Positions 1 through 8,521 of a stretch of DNA of 64,000 bases are shown here, piece after piece. The stretch lies in sequence record NC_025447.1. One strand, 5' to 3'. A program made the translations under genes and the position numbers. Numbering within the stretch: position 1 is the first letter of the stretch; each line of letters opens with the position of its first letter. The notes under the pieces are model-generated. The model worked only from the letters and a program-made list of their open reading frames with translations. It searched no databases and had not been told where the DNA came from.

Positions 1-127
1 CCCTGCGGGGGGATGTAATAGTCCTCAACAAATCCCGTCAAGTTTTTAAAGTACATTATCATTTTCAGAAGGAACTAGTTTACGAAGTAAACGCAGTGAC
101 TTCTTGAGTTACGAGAGAACGAAGTGA

Positions 128-556
128 ATGAGTAACACAACGAAAATATCCGATAAATCCGAATTAACACAAATGTTATTCAAAGAATATTTTGAGTTTC
201 AGATAAAAGACGAACAACAATTACCACAGCAATATTTGAAAAGAATTAAAGATCCGTCAGTAATTACTAAAGAAACTAATTTTTATAATAGTATTTTGGA
301 TTTCGTTAAATCAGTTCATACAACAAGACCTATTGTAGTTTTGTTTTTTGATAAATCTATTCCTTTAGTAGTTCCTGAAAATGTATTTTTTATTTCAGAA
401 ACTGATTTAAATAATCAAAGTACTGTAAGTAGATTAAGAAATTGCTTACTTGTAGTATGTGATTCTTCTTTGTATAATAACAGAATACTATGGGATAGAA
501 GTAAACGCAATGCAGTTTCGGAAATGAATCCTGAAATTACCTTTATTATTAACTAA
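128..556 (+). CDS. hypothetical protein
   Basis: 142-aa ORF co-oriented with downstream genes; no motif recognised. Confidence 0.55.
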   Translation: MSNTTKISDKSELTQMLFKEYFEFQIKDEQQLPQQYLKRIKDPSVITKETNFYNSILDFVKSVHTTRPIVVLFFDKSIPLVVPENVFFISETDLNNQSTVSRLRNCLLVVCDSSLYNNRILWDRSKRNAVSEMNPEITFIIN

Positions 557-588
557 ATAATAAGAGAATAACTCTAAGGAGAGATATT

Positions 589-1029
589 ATGGAAGATATT
601 AATGATTTACGACACGTAATGGACTTTATCGGAAGTACTGAAGAAGATAATTCATATGATGAAGTACTATTAACTTTTATTGAAAATAGTTTGTTTTTAA
701 GTTCTGCTGCACATAACTGGCACTTACAATGTCATTTTTATACAAAGCATTTACAATTAGATGAACTATATAAAGAATTACCAGAATATGTAGACGCATT
801 TGTTGAAGGTATCATGAATAATCGTGGTGCTTTGCAAGTTGGGACTGGTAATAGTTATCGTTTTACACCAATTGAAGATTGTGTACCAATTCTTGAAGAA
901 TATGTTGAGCAATGCAGAGCAATTCATGATATGCTTGAAGAATCGGGTGATTACGGCAGTGTAAACACATTAGAAGATATTATGAGTTTTGTTGAAGGAA
1001 CACTTTACAAACTTAAAGTTTTACAATAA
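589..1029 (+). CDS. Dps/ferritin-like four-helix bundle protein
   Basis: SD AAGGAG; Dps-like ferroxidase pattern AHNWHLQ..FYTKHLQLDELY..L..YVDAFVE and C-terminal LEDI....E...YKL. Confidence 0.75.
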   Translation: MEDINDLRHVMDFIGSTEEDNSYDEVLLTFIENSLFLSSAAHNWHLQCHFYTKHLQLDELYKELPEYVDAFVEGIMNNRGALQVGTGNSYRFTPIEDCVPILEEYVEQCRAIHDMLEESGDYGSVNTLEDIMSFVEGTLYKLKVLQ

Positions 1030-1036
1030 ACTATAT

Positions 1037-1066
1037 GGAGAGTCGCTATGACTCTCCTTTTCTTTT
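1037..1066 (+). terminator. rho-independent terminator
   Basis: GGAGAGTC-gctat-GACTCTCC followed by TTTTCTTTT. Confidence 0.85.
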
Positions 1067-1077
1067 GGAGAAATAAT

Positions 1078-1710
1078 ATGAAATCGCATGAGTTAGCAAA
1101 ATTACTACTATCTCAACCAAATCTAGAAATTTATCATTATGATGCAGAGAGTGACTTGCATTATCAGAATTTTGATAATAAATTAATGGTTACACCATCT
1201 GGTATTTTCACAACGGTAAAACCTACATCAGTTTCTGAAAATGTACTTACACCATACGAAACCCCCCTCTTGGGTCATGTGCAAATTTTCTTTAAGGATG
1301 GTACTATTACTCCAAAATTGGAGGGTTCACATATTCAAACTGTTCTTAGCTTAGAATATGGGTTGGTATTTAACATTCCTTATGAAAAGCCAATTGTTTT
1401 ATTAGGTAAAAATCAATCAACACAATTCTCTAATCAACATACTGTTTGTTATACATCTGATGATATTGATTTCATTTCAGTACTGACAGAATATGATCCT
1501 AATACTTGGCACGAAACATGGAAAACTATGTCATATGATGAAGCAATTGAATGTGGTAAAAATTTAGCCAAAATGTTATTTTCACCGAAAAAAGAACTTT
1601 CACAAGAACAAAATGAATCATTTTCTAAAGATTTTCCTGATTCTGAATTCAATGTTAAAGTATCAACTACCAAAATTGGTGAATTTCTAAATGAAAATCA
1701 AAAAGATTAA
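1078..1710 (+). CDS. hypothetical protein, paralog family A
   Basis: Start moved to ATG 1078 (SD GGAG; track start lies inside the terminator); similar to 2080..2664. Confidence 0.75.
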   Translation: MKSHELAKLLLSQPNLEIYHYDAESDLHYQNFDNKLMVTPSGIFTTVKPTSVSENVLTPYETPLLGHVQIFFKDGTITPKLEGSHIQTVLSLEYGLVFNIPYEKPIVLLGKNQSTQFSNQHTVCYTSDDIDFISVLTEYDPNTWHETWKTMSYDEAIECGKNLAKMLFSPKKELSQEQNESFSKDFPDSEFNVKVSTTKIGEFLNENQKD

Positions 1711-2083
1711 ATTCCACCAGCATTGTTCTATACATGTCTGTGATGATTGTGGTATACAAATGAGTGATATTTATACAGTTTCCTGTAAAGGTTTCAAATT
1801 CACTCATGGTGAACCTGCTTACTGTTATGGTACAGAAGAAGGTGATATCGAGATAGTACTGAAAGAATTGTTCCAGTACTTGCAAAGTGTCGGTCATGAT
1901 GTTACAATACCCACATATTATGAAGATGATTATGATGCACATGTAGAAGAAAATACATATTATAATCAATTCGTTTATGGTAATGGTTTTATCACATACC
2001 TACATGAGAATGGTATTGAGGTAAAAACTAAGTACACCAGTGATGATTATGATGATGATAATTCTATGGAGATTGAAGATTGA
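1691..2083 (+). CDS. hypothetical acidic protein
   Basis: 130-aa ORF overlapping both neighbours. Confidence 0.7.
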   Translation: MKIKKIKFHQHCSIHVCDDCGIQMSDIYTVSCKGFKFTHGEPAYCYGTEEGDIEIVLKELFQYLQSVGHDVTIPTYYEDDYDAHVEENTYYNQFVYGNGFITYLHENGIEVKTKYTSDDYDDDNSMEIED

Positions 2084-2664
2084 AAGCAAAAGACTTGGCA
2101 GCACTGTTGATGCAGAATCCTGAAATGGAAGTGTATCATGAGCACATGCACATTGATGACATGTGTGACGCTTACTATTCACCAGAAAATGTGTCTGGTA
2201 TTGAAATCACCCCTAGTGGAGTATTCATCAGTACTGAACGTATTGATTTGAATTCCCAGCAAGAAATCAAAACTCCACATAATAAACCTCGCATTGGTGC
2301 TATTGACCTAGTATTTCATCAGGACCGTTTGGTGGAATATGATGAAGACGATGGTACTACCCAAACTGATGTTGAGAATGTTGTTTTTCGTTTTTATAAT
2401 GCATACGAAGACCCAACTACTGGAGAAGATTTCTTCCGTGAGCTATTAGAGGATGGGGAAGTTTATGGTCAGGATGGTACGGTTTTTGTACTAGACCCTA
2501 ACTATGAGCCAGATCACAATACATGGCAATTCTATACACCAGAAGATGTAATGGAAGTTAAAGTACTTATGGATATTGACGATAAATGGAATCCTATGTA
2601 TACTTCAATGACATATGAAGAAGCCAAAGAATACTTCGTTTCTAAACTAAACATTACAAAATAA
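2080..2664 (+). CDS. hypothetical protein, paralog family A
   Basis: TTG start with SD GGAG; MKAKDLAALLMQNP vs MKSHELAKLLLSQP, ITPSGVF vs VTPSGIF. Confidence 0.75.
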   Translation: MKAKDLAALLMQNPEMEVYHEHMHIDDMCDAYYSPENVSGIEITPSGVFISTERIDLNSQQEIKTPHNKPRIGAIDLVFHQDRLVEYDEDDGTTQTDVENVVFRFYNAYEDPTTGEDFFRELLEDGEVYGQDGTVFVLDPNYEPDHNTWQFYTPEDVMEVKVLMDIDDKWNPMYTSMTYEEAKEYFVSKLNITK

Positions 2665-2681
2665 TAAGGATTCACAAATTT

Positions 2682-2963
2682 ATGAAAATTGTTGCAAGTG
2701 CATGGATGAAACTACCAGATGGTACAACTGCTTTTGAAGAATATGGCTTTGTTGAAAGTGTAGATGAATTAAAGCGTTTCAAAAGTGAAAATGATGATGA
2801 TGTGTTTGATATTGTATTTGTATATCATCATATTCCTAATGATACTGATTATGAACATTATTATTATCATCCTGATTTGTTGGAAACACTTGTATGCGAC
2901 AACTATCATGAAATTGATGAAAATACAGCTTTACTAATGTTGAGTACCGTATCTCCGGTATAA
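2682..2963 (+). CDS. hypothetical protein
   Basis: SD AAGGA, 93 aa, in operon. Confidence 0.7.
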   Translation: MKIVASAWMKLPDGTTAFEEYGFVESVDELKRFKSENDDDVFDIVFVYHHIPNDTDYEHYYYHPDLLETLVCDNYHEIDENTALLMLSTVSPV

Positions 2964-2971
2964 GGAGTAAT

Positions 2972-3451
2972 ATGTATAATCTTATAATTATCCGCGAACC
3001 ATATGAATCTGACAACAGTTCAACTGATGGTGAGGTTTTAGTATATCAAAGTTATGAACAAAGTGGCATTGAACATGAATTAAAAGATTATTTACGTCAA
3101 CATATATATCTATATCGTTCAAAACCACATGAACAGTATGGCGATATAATGTTTATCGTAACTCATAATGGTGCAGTAATTGAACATGTAAATATGACAA
3201 ATAACATGTATTTTCATAATTACACTGACACGTCTAAAGAATTAGGAAACGATTTCAATGCTGTTTACAATGCATTGCGTATCAATTTTTTTAAAAATGA
3301 CAAATTCTGTACTGATATTAGATTAGAAGAAGCAAATACAAAAAAGAAACTTTCTCGAAAATACGAGAGTGATAGAAAAAAAGAACAAGAGATTCAGCGT
3401 TTACACGAATTGATGAAAAAATACCCTAATGAGGTACAACATGGCTCTTAG
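2972..3451 (+). CDS. hypothetical protein
   Basis: SD AAGGAG, 159 aa, basic coiled-coil-like C-terminus. Confidence 0.7.
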   Translation: MYNLIIIREPYESDNSSTDGEVLVYQSYEQSGIEHELKDYLRQHIYLYRSKPHEQYGDIMFIVTHNGAVIEHVNMTNNMYFHNYTDTSKELGNDFNAVYNALRINFFKNDKFCTDIRLEEANTKKKLSRKYESDRKKEQEIQRLHELMKKYPNEVQHGS

Positions 3452-3779
3452 AGGTTCAAATCAATATAAATGTATTGCAGAGATCAGGAAGAAAGATGGA
3501 ACACTTGTAGACCGAACATTAAAGGAAGAATATAAAGAACTACGTGATGTGGTGCATAATGATAGTTATGGCGGGATGCGTCGTCAAAAAATTTATGAAT
3601 ATCTAAAGAAAGGTTTAGAAATTCAGGTTAATGGTCTTCATTGTATTCAAACAAAAAATGATCCTGATATTCTACGTTTGTTGAAAGAAGATAAGATTGA
3701 AATGTTTAATGTTCCTATTTCATTCTATGGTAATAAACTAAAATGTAAGCATACTTTCTTGAGGATTAAAAATGGTTGA
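3441..3779 (+). CDS. hypothetical protein
   Basis: ATG 3441 with SD GAGGT, overlapping the upstream stop. Confidence 0.7.
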   Translation: MALRGSNQYKCIAEIRKKDGTLVDRTLKEEYKELRDVVHNDSYGGMRRQKIYEYLKKGLEIQVNGLHCIQTKNDPDILRLLKEDKIEMFNVPISFYGNKLKCKHTFLRIKNG

Positions 3780-3996
3780 TTCATTTATGAAAAAAATCTT
3801 TAAAAATTTACTATCTGGATTTGAAAAAGCAGTCCGTCTTATTTTCAGTTCAGTTGTAATGGTTATTACAGTACTGGCATTTTCTCTAGTACTGCATTTT
3901 GTACCATTCTGGTTAGTCTTTATTGTACTTATTGCTCTGCTAGGTGCACATGTTTATTATGTTTACCGTGACGCATTGGATGATGATAACGATTAA
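3772..3996 (+). CDS. small membrane protein (two TM helices)
   Basis: Hydrophobic stretches LIFSSVVMVITVLAFSLVL and FWLVFIVLIALLGAHVYYV. Confidence 0.7.
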   Translation: MVDSFMKKIFKNLLSGFEKAVRLIFSSVVMVITVLAFSLVLHFVPFWLVFIVLIALLGAHVYYVYRDALDDDND

Positions 3997-4004
3997 ATGT
4001 ATTT

Positions 4005-4029
4005 GACCTCACTATGTGGGGTCTTTTTT
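4005..4029 (+). terminator. rho-independent terminator
   Basis: GACCTCAC-tat-GTGGGGTC then TTTTTT. Confidence 0.8.
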
Positions 4030-4041
4030 AAGGAAAATTAT

Positions 4042-4494
4042 ATGCTTATAGAAACAGAAACATTTAAGCGTTTTATAGACGTATGTCGTGATACGTGTTT
4101 TTGTTTTCTTTCATCACAAGAACAGTTCGATGCAATGAGTGATGTGTTAGGATATCGCCGTTCGGTATTGATGTATTTTGATGGTCCTTTGATTGAAGTT
4201 CATGATGATGTGTATTCCCTCCAATATGTATCAATTAACAATGCGTTCATCTTTATTGCTGACACGTACTCAATTGTAGTTGAGGAACGTGGTAAAGGTA
4301 TACCAACAACACACTATATTGATTGTCAAAGAACTGATTGTGTTTATAGTTCTGGACTAATACAAACACCAATTCCCTATCCTAGCATTTATATAAACAC
4401 ACTCCATCAAGAAATTATTGAGTACTGTAATAGTATTTCTGATAGAGATACACAGTATTTTCCTATTGTATTATTGAAAGGAGTTAGAACATGA
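4042..4494 (+). CDS. hypothetical protein
   Basis: ATG 4042 with SD AAGGA just after the terminator. Confidence 0.7.
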   Translation: MLIETETFKRFIDVCRDTCFCFLSSQEQFDAMSDVLGYRRSVLMYFDGPLIEVHDDVYSLQYVSINNAFIFIADTYSIVVEERGKGIPTTHYIDCQRTDCVYSSGLIQTPIPYPSIYINTLHQEIIEYCNSISDRDTQYFPIVLLKGVRT

Positions 4495-4880
4495 GATGGA
4501 AGAAACGTCACATTAAGCGTTTTGAGAAAATAATTAAAAAATATTACTCACATAAGTTAGATCCGATGATTCTTCAGCTAAGGACCAGTATTTTTGATAG
4601 ACGTTATCCGCAGTGTTTAGAATCGTACAGTCGTAAGCGTTCCAAGAATGAATACCAGGTGTATCGTTATGATTTATCTGAATTGTTTTTGAATACTCGT
4701 GTATCAGTACCAATCAAGCTGTACTCAAGGGTAAAACGAAGTAGGGTTCAAGATATTACATATGGATATCTTATGATTGAAATCGACGACCTCAATGAAA
4801 AAACTGGCAGAAATTACAGTACTTTATGTCTGGAAAATCATGATTCAATAAAAAGAATCATAGAAGAGTTGGGAAAGTGA
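4491..4880 (+). CDS. hypothetical basic protein
   Basis: ATGA overlap with the upstream gene. Confidence 0.7.
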   Translation: MRWKKRHIKRFEKIIKKYYSHKLDPMILQLRTSIFDRRYPQCLESYSRKRSKNEYQVYRYDLSELFLNTRVSVPIKLYSRVKRSRVQDITYGYLMIEIDDLNEKTGRNYSTLCLENHDSIKRIIEELGK

Positions 4881-4909
4881 GATTTTTAGTGCTATAATTG
4901 GAGATGAGT

Positions 4910-5254
4910 ATGAAATACATCGATAAAGGTACAGTGGAGACACAGTACTGGAATATCCATATTGCTGGTGATATTCAAACAGCAAGAGAGTACACAAGAA
5001 AGTTTGCGTTTAAGCATGGCTTTTGTGTACAATTAATTCCCTGTGAATATATCTACACTGGCGGTCTTGAAAGTGGGATGTGTGCTCGTATTATTCAGTA
5101 CCCACGCTTTCCAAAAGAAGAAGTATATCTCAACCGAGATGTATTAAACTATGCAAAGGGTTTAGCTGAAGAGTTGTGTCAAAAGAGCTTTACTATAGAG
5201 CGAAATAATGATACAATTTATTATGAAAGTGATGAACCTTTACACAAGAAATAA
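4910..5254 (+). CDS. conserved phage hypothetical protein (YIYTGG..G / YPRFP family)
   Basis: SD GGAG; motifs IHIAGD, CVQLIPCEYIYTGGLESG, IIQYPRFP recalled from other phages; TGcTATAAT upstream. Confidence 0.7.
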   Translation: MKYIDKGTVETQYWNIHIAGDIQTAREYTRKFAFKHGFCVQLIPCEYIYTGGLESGMCARIIQYPRFPKEEVYLNRDVLNYAKGLAEELCQKSFTIERNNDTIYYESDEPLHKK

Positions 5255-5265
5255 AAGGAAAATAT

Positions 5266-5397
5266 ATGAATGGACTAAAGAAATTTGGTAAAGATTTTCT
5301 AAAATGTATACGCTATACATATGATGCAAACCCAGAAATGACTGCTATTGTGGGTGTGTTTATTACACTCGTTGTATTAAGCTTTATTGTGGTGTAA
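5266..5397 (+). CDS. small membrane protein (43 aa, not in ORF track)
   Basis: SD AAGGA; MNGLKKFGKDFLKCIRYTYDANPEMTAIVGVFITLVVLSFIVV; fills the gap between genes. Confidence 0.65.
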   Translation: MNGLKKFGKDFLKCIRYTYDANPEMTAIVGVFITLVVLSFIVV

Positions 5398-5400
5398 CAT

Positions 5401-5604
5401 ATGATTGAAATTAATGCTGATATCTATTGTAGTGCAGCACCAAATTACTTCATTTATGCACTAAGTACATTTGGTGAAACTGAAGGTGAAACTTTTGTTT
5501 TAGTAGAGAATACTACATGGTTCAAAACAAGTAATAAAATTCCGAAAGATGTTTTGGAAACATATGTTCGTATTGAAAATAAAAACATATATGTAATTTT
5601 ATAG
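5401..5604 (+). CDS. hypothetical protein
   Basis: 67 aa, tightly packed. Confidence 0.6.
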   Translation: MIEINADIYCSAAPNYFIYALSTFGETEGETFVLVENTTWFKTSNKIPKDVLETYVRIENKNIYVIL

Positions 5605-5611
5605 GTAAAAT

Positions 5612-6022
5612 ATGATTGAAATGGAAGGAACTCTGGTGTATGATCCAGACCGTGGCACTATGAAAAAGAAGAAGGACTTCTGGTTAGTACTGCAACTTCC
5701 ATTACAGTTGGTTAGATACTACCAGTACTTCATCAGAACTGATTTACATATTGACGTTAAAGATCCTCAATGGGGAGCACATGTTAGTATAGTGCGTGGT
5801 GAAGTACCACCACATGAAGAGTTCTGGAAAAAATACGATGGAATGAAAGTAAAGATAAAGTTCAATCCTTGTATTGAGATAGTAAAAGATAAAAAGAATC
5901 CAGGTTCATTCTTTATCATTGAATTTGAAGATGATTTCATCACACACATTAGAAACGAACTAGGACTACCAACCAAGTACTTTAAATATCACATAACTGT
6001 AGGTAGAACCTACTACGATTAA
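5612..6022 (+). CDS. 2H phosphoesterase family protein
   Basis: Two Hx(S/T) motifs, GAHVSIV and YHITVG, about 70 aa apart. Confidence 0.7.
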   Translation: MIEMEGTLVYDPDRGTMKKKKDFWLVLQLPLQLVRYYQYFIRTDLHIDVKDPQWGAHVSIVRGEVPPHEEFWKKYDGMKVKIKFNPCIEIVKDKKNPGSFFIIEFEDDFITHIRNELGLPTKYFKYHITVGRTYYD

Positions 6023-6046
6023 TGTGGTTTTTACAGTAAATATGTC

Positions 6047-6074
6047 TTGTAATAAAATAAAAATATGCTATACT
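6047..6074 (+). promoter_or_regulatory. sigma70-like promoter
   Basis: TTGTAA-N16-TATACT with TG upstream of -10. Confidence 0.55.
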
Positions 6075-6190
6075 ACTTAAACATTTGAAAAGAACGTTTT
6101 TGTACTGTAGAAAGTCCGATGAGGCTTTTGCAAATGGCCTCTTTGCCATCTTTGTGATTGCCCATCTTAACAATCAACAAAGGAGGCGTT

Positions 6191-7117
6191 TTGAAACAAG
6201 CGAAAAAAGCACTGAAAACTAAGACTACTTATGGTGTTCTAGTTTGCACAGTACTTGTCGCTGCGATTGGATTTTATGGTTTTTCTCAAAATGATCGTGT
6301 ATCATCATCGGACGAAAGTCAGGTACACAATTTAAAACCACAAGTTACGCAAATTCAAAAGCAGGAATTACCAAAGGTAGAAATATCAAAGGATGTTCCA
6401 CGCGGCGAGAAGCATTATACGGTTCAACCTGGTGATAGTTATTATTCTATTGCTAAAAAGTTTAAACCTAAAAATGTACAACTTGAAGAGTATGTTATTT
6501 TGTTGAAAAATATCAATTTAAATGCTACTCTTCATACTTCTCAGGGTATCTTTATCCCAACAAAAGAGGATTTGAAGAACGTATTGTTACCAGATGTGAC
6601 TGTACTGTTTGATTATAATGATCCAGAAATTGTCAATCACATCAAAGAAGCTGAAGGTTCAATTGAATTTCAGTCCAAGAACAAACGCCGTTTACTTGGT
6701 GGGAAAGTCGGAGTTCCTTTCCACAATTCTAAATTTCATCCCTACAAGGACATGAAAGGTAATTATACAATAGGTTATGGGCATTATTTGGGTAGAAAAG
6801 AATCTGATGCGATTAAGTACAGAAACGGTATTACCAAAGCTCAAGCCAACAAACTTTTAATGCAAGATATGAAAAGAACATATGATGACTTTTTATTATT
6901 GATGCAGAAAAAAGAAGCAGTAAATCTGACCAAAGAACAACAACGTATTCTTTATGAAATGTCCTATACAATGGGTGTTGATAAATTAGCAACGTTTAAT
7001 AAACTTTGGAAAAGTGTGAAAAATGATAACCCTAAGAAATTTAAAAAAGAAATTATGAATTCCTTATGGTATCGTCAAGTTACAAACCGAGCAGATTTGT
7101 TGTTAAGTTCACTCTAA
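6191..7117 (+). CDS. membrane-anchored LysM-domain T4-type (GH24) lysozyme
   Basis: TTG start after AGGAGG; basic N-terminus plus TM helix; LysM HYTVQPGDSYYSIAKKF; catalytic pattern IKEAEG...YKDMKGNYTIGYGH; C-terminal SLWYRQVTNRA. Confidence 0.85.
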   Translation: MKQAKKALKTKTTYGVLVCTVLVAAIGFYGFSQNDRVSSSDESQVHNLKPQVTQIQKQELPKVEISKDVPRGEKHYTVQPGDSYYSIAKKFKPKNVQLEEYVILLKNINLNATLHTSQGIFIPTKEDLKNVLLPDVTVLFDYNDPEIVNHIKEAEGSIEFQSKNKRRLLGGKVGVPFHNSKFHPYKDMKGNYTIGYGHYLGRKESDAIKYRNGITKAQANKLLMQDMKRTYDDFLLLMQKKEAVNLTKEQQRILYEMSYTMGVDKLATFNKLWKSVKNDNPKKFKKEIMNSLWYRQVTNRADLLLSSL

Positions 7118-7133
7118 AAAAGGTAGGTAAATT

Positions 7134-7466
7134 ATGCTAAAATTAAATATTCAAGGTAATGTTGATTTTACTACAGCAATTCAAGATGCAATTTACGATG
7201 GTGCTAAATGTCTTGAAAAGTTCCGTACTTCAACTGTAATGGATATTGAAGTTCATGTGAAGAAAGAGCATAAGTCTCAATACTCTGTGACTCTAACATC
7301 AGGTAGTAAATCAGTTACTGCCGATGCAGCAGATTTATACAAAGCAATTGGTGATTCATTTGAAAAAATGGAAACTGTATTCAGTAAAGACAAAAGCATT
7401 AAATTACACCGCCGAAACCATCCAGAACACCCAGTTCTTGATGATTTGACAGAAAACGAAGAGTAA
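7134..7466 (+). CDS. hpf: ribosome hibernation promoting factor (HPF/RaiA-like)
   Basis: LNIQGNVDFTTAIQD...KCLEKF and ADAADLYKAIGDSFEKME...KDK align with the HPF/S30EA consensus. Confidence 0.8.
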   Translation: MLKLNIQGNVDFTTAIQDAIYDGAKCLEKFRTSTVMDIEVHVKKEHKSQYSVTLTSGSKSVTADAADLYKAIGDSFEKMETVFSKDKSIKLHRRNHPEHPVLDDLTENEE

Positions 7467-7474
7467 TATATACT

Positions 7475-7504
7475 AAAGGGACAGATTAATTCTGTCCCTT
7501 TTCT
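7475..7504 (+). terminator. rho-independent terminator
   Basis: AAAGGGACAGA-ttaat-TCTGTCCCTTTT. Confidence 0.85.
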
Positions 7505-7519
7505 TATGGAGTTTTAATT

Positions 7520-7915
7520 ATGAATTATTCCTGGATGGAAATTGTAAAATCTATAATATCAACACATGATATGGACTTACCTGAACACCTAGTTATTAAT
7601 AGATGGTACTATCCATATCCAGATAACCGTTGTGTTGGGATTGGATTTTTTATTAATGAAAAATCTCAATATATTGGATTAATTGAAGATTATACAAAAA
7701 CCAACATTGCGTTCTCTATTGAGTTGAATGTAGATCACATAAAATACTACACTAATAAAATGGACGAAGACGATGGTGATGTTATAATTCCAGCAGAAAT
7801 AGACGAAGCTTCATTTTTTCAGTTATCATTAATTCATGATGTATCTGATATTACTTATGATAATGTGAAAGACCTTTTTATATTGTACAATAAACTGTAT
7901 AATTACTTTTTATAA
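7520..7915 (+). CDS. hypothetical protein, paralog family B
   Basis: C-terminal IPAEIDEASFFQLSLIHD motif shared with 8111 and 8508. Confidence 0.7.
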   Translation: MNYSWMEIVKSIISTHDMDLPEHLVINRWYYPYPDNRCVGIGFFINEKSQYIGLIEDYTKTNIAFSIELNVDHIKYYTNKMDEDDGDVIIPAEIDEASFFQLSLIHDVSDITYDNVKDLFILYNKLYNYFL

Positions 7916-7928
7916 TGGAGATAAATTT

Positions 7929-8114
7929 ATGGAATATACAATATGTATAGTTATATGTATCATATCCTTACTAGTCGGGGTTGGTGTGATGATTTATTGT
8001 GATGCAGAACCCAGTACTGAAGTAGGAACAACAATAACACTTAAACCTGGTGTTAAAGTTAATGATAATTATTGCTATGATCCAAACACTAATCGATATG
8101 AGATTTGTCTATGA
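7929..8114 (+). CDS. small membrane-anchored protein
   Basis: SD GGAG; N-terminal TM helix. Confidence 0.65.
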   Translation: MEYTICIVICIISLLVGVGVMIYCDAEPSTEVGTTITLKPGVKVNDNYCYDPNTNRYEICL

Positions 8115-8521
8115 AAAAGTTTGATATTAAACCTATTATTGATGCTATCGAAATTAAATTAAAAAATACTAAAAAGCCAGATAGTACAGGTTTGTTCTTT
8201 AGTTTAGATAAAATGTATTATGAAACACACGTGTCAAGTTATGATAGAACAGGAAATCTCTTCATCCGTACATATAACATATTTTATAGTGAAGATGTTT
8301 TTATGATAGATATAAATCTGGATGAAGGTATAGTGTTGATGTATATTGAGGATGTTCAATCCACAGAACAACGAAACGGGACTCTTCCTATTGCTGCTAC
8401 AGAGGAAGAGTTTTTGCAATATCAGTTCATTGAGGATACCTTTGGTATTGACTTTGATACATATCAGAGTATAATGAGGGTATACGAACTTTATGAGGAT
8501 TATGTGATTGGACGTTACTAA
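8111..8521 (+). CDS. hypothetical protein, paralog family B
   Basis: ATGA overlap; TLPIAATEEEFLQYQFIEDTFGID. Confidence 0.75.
   Translation: MKKFDIKPIIDAIEIKLKNTKKPDSTGLFFSLDKMYYETHVSSYDRTGNLFIRTYNIFYSEDVFMIDINLDEGIVLMYIEDVQSTEQRNGTLPIAATEEEFLQYQFIEDTFGIDFDTYQSIMRVYELYEDYVIGRY

Noticed and set aside
3997-4041. Track N-terminal extensions at 1048, 3997 and 12959
   Set aside because: They run through terminator hairpins or the SD; downstream ATGs have proper SDs
6105-6130. Hammerhead-like GAAA...CCGATGAG
   Set aside because: Core is CCGAUGA rather than CUGAUGA and the required stems are missing
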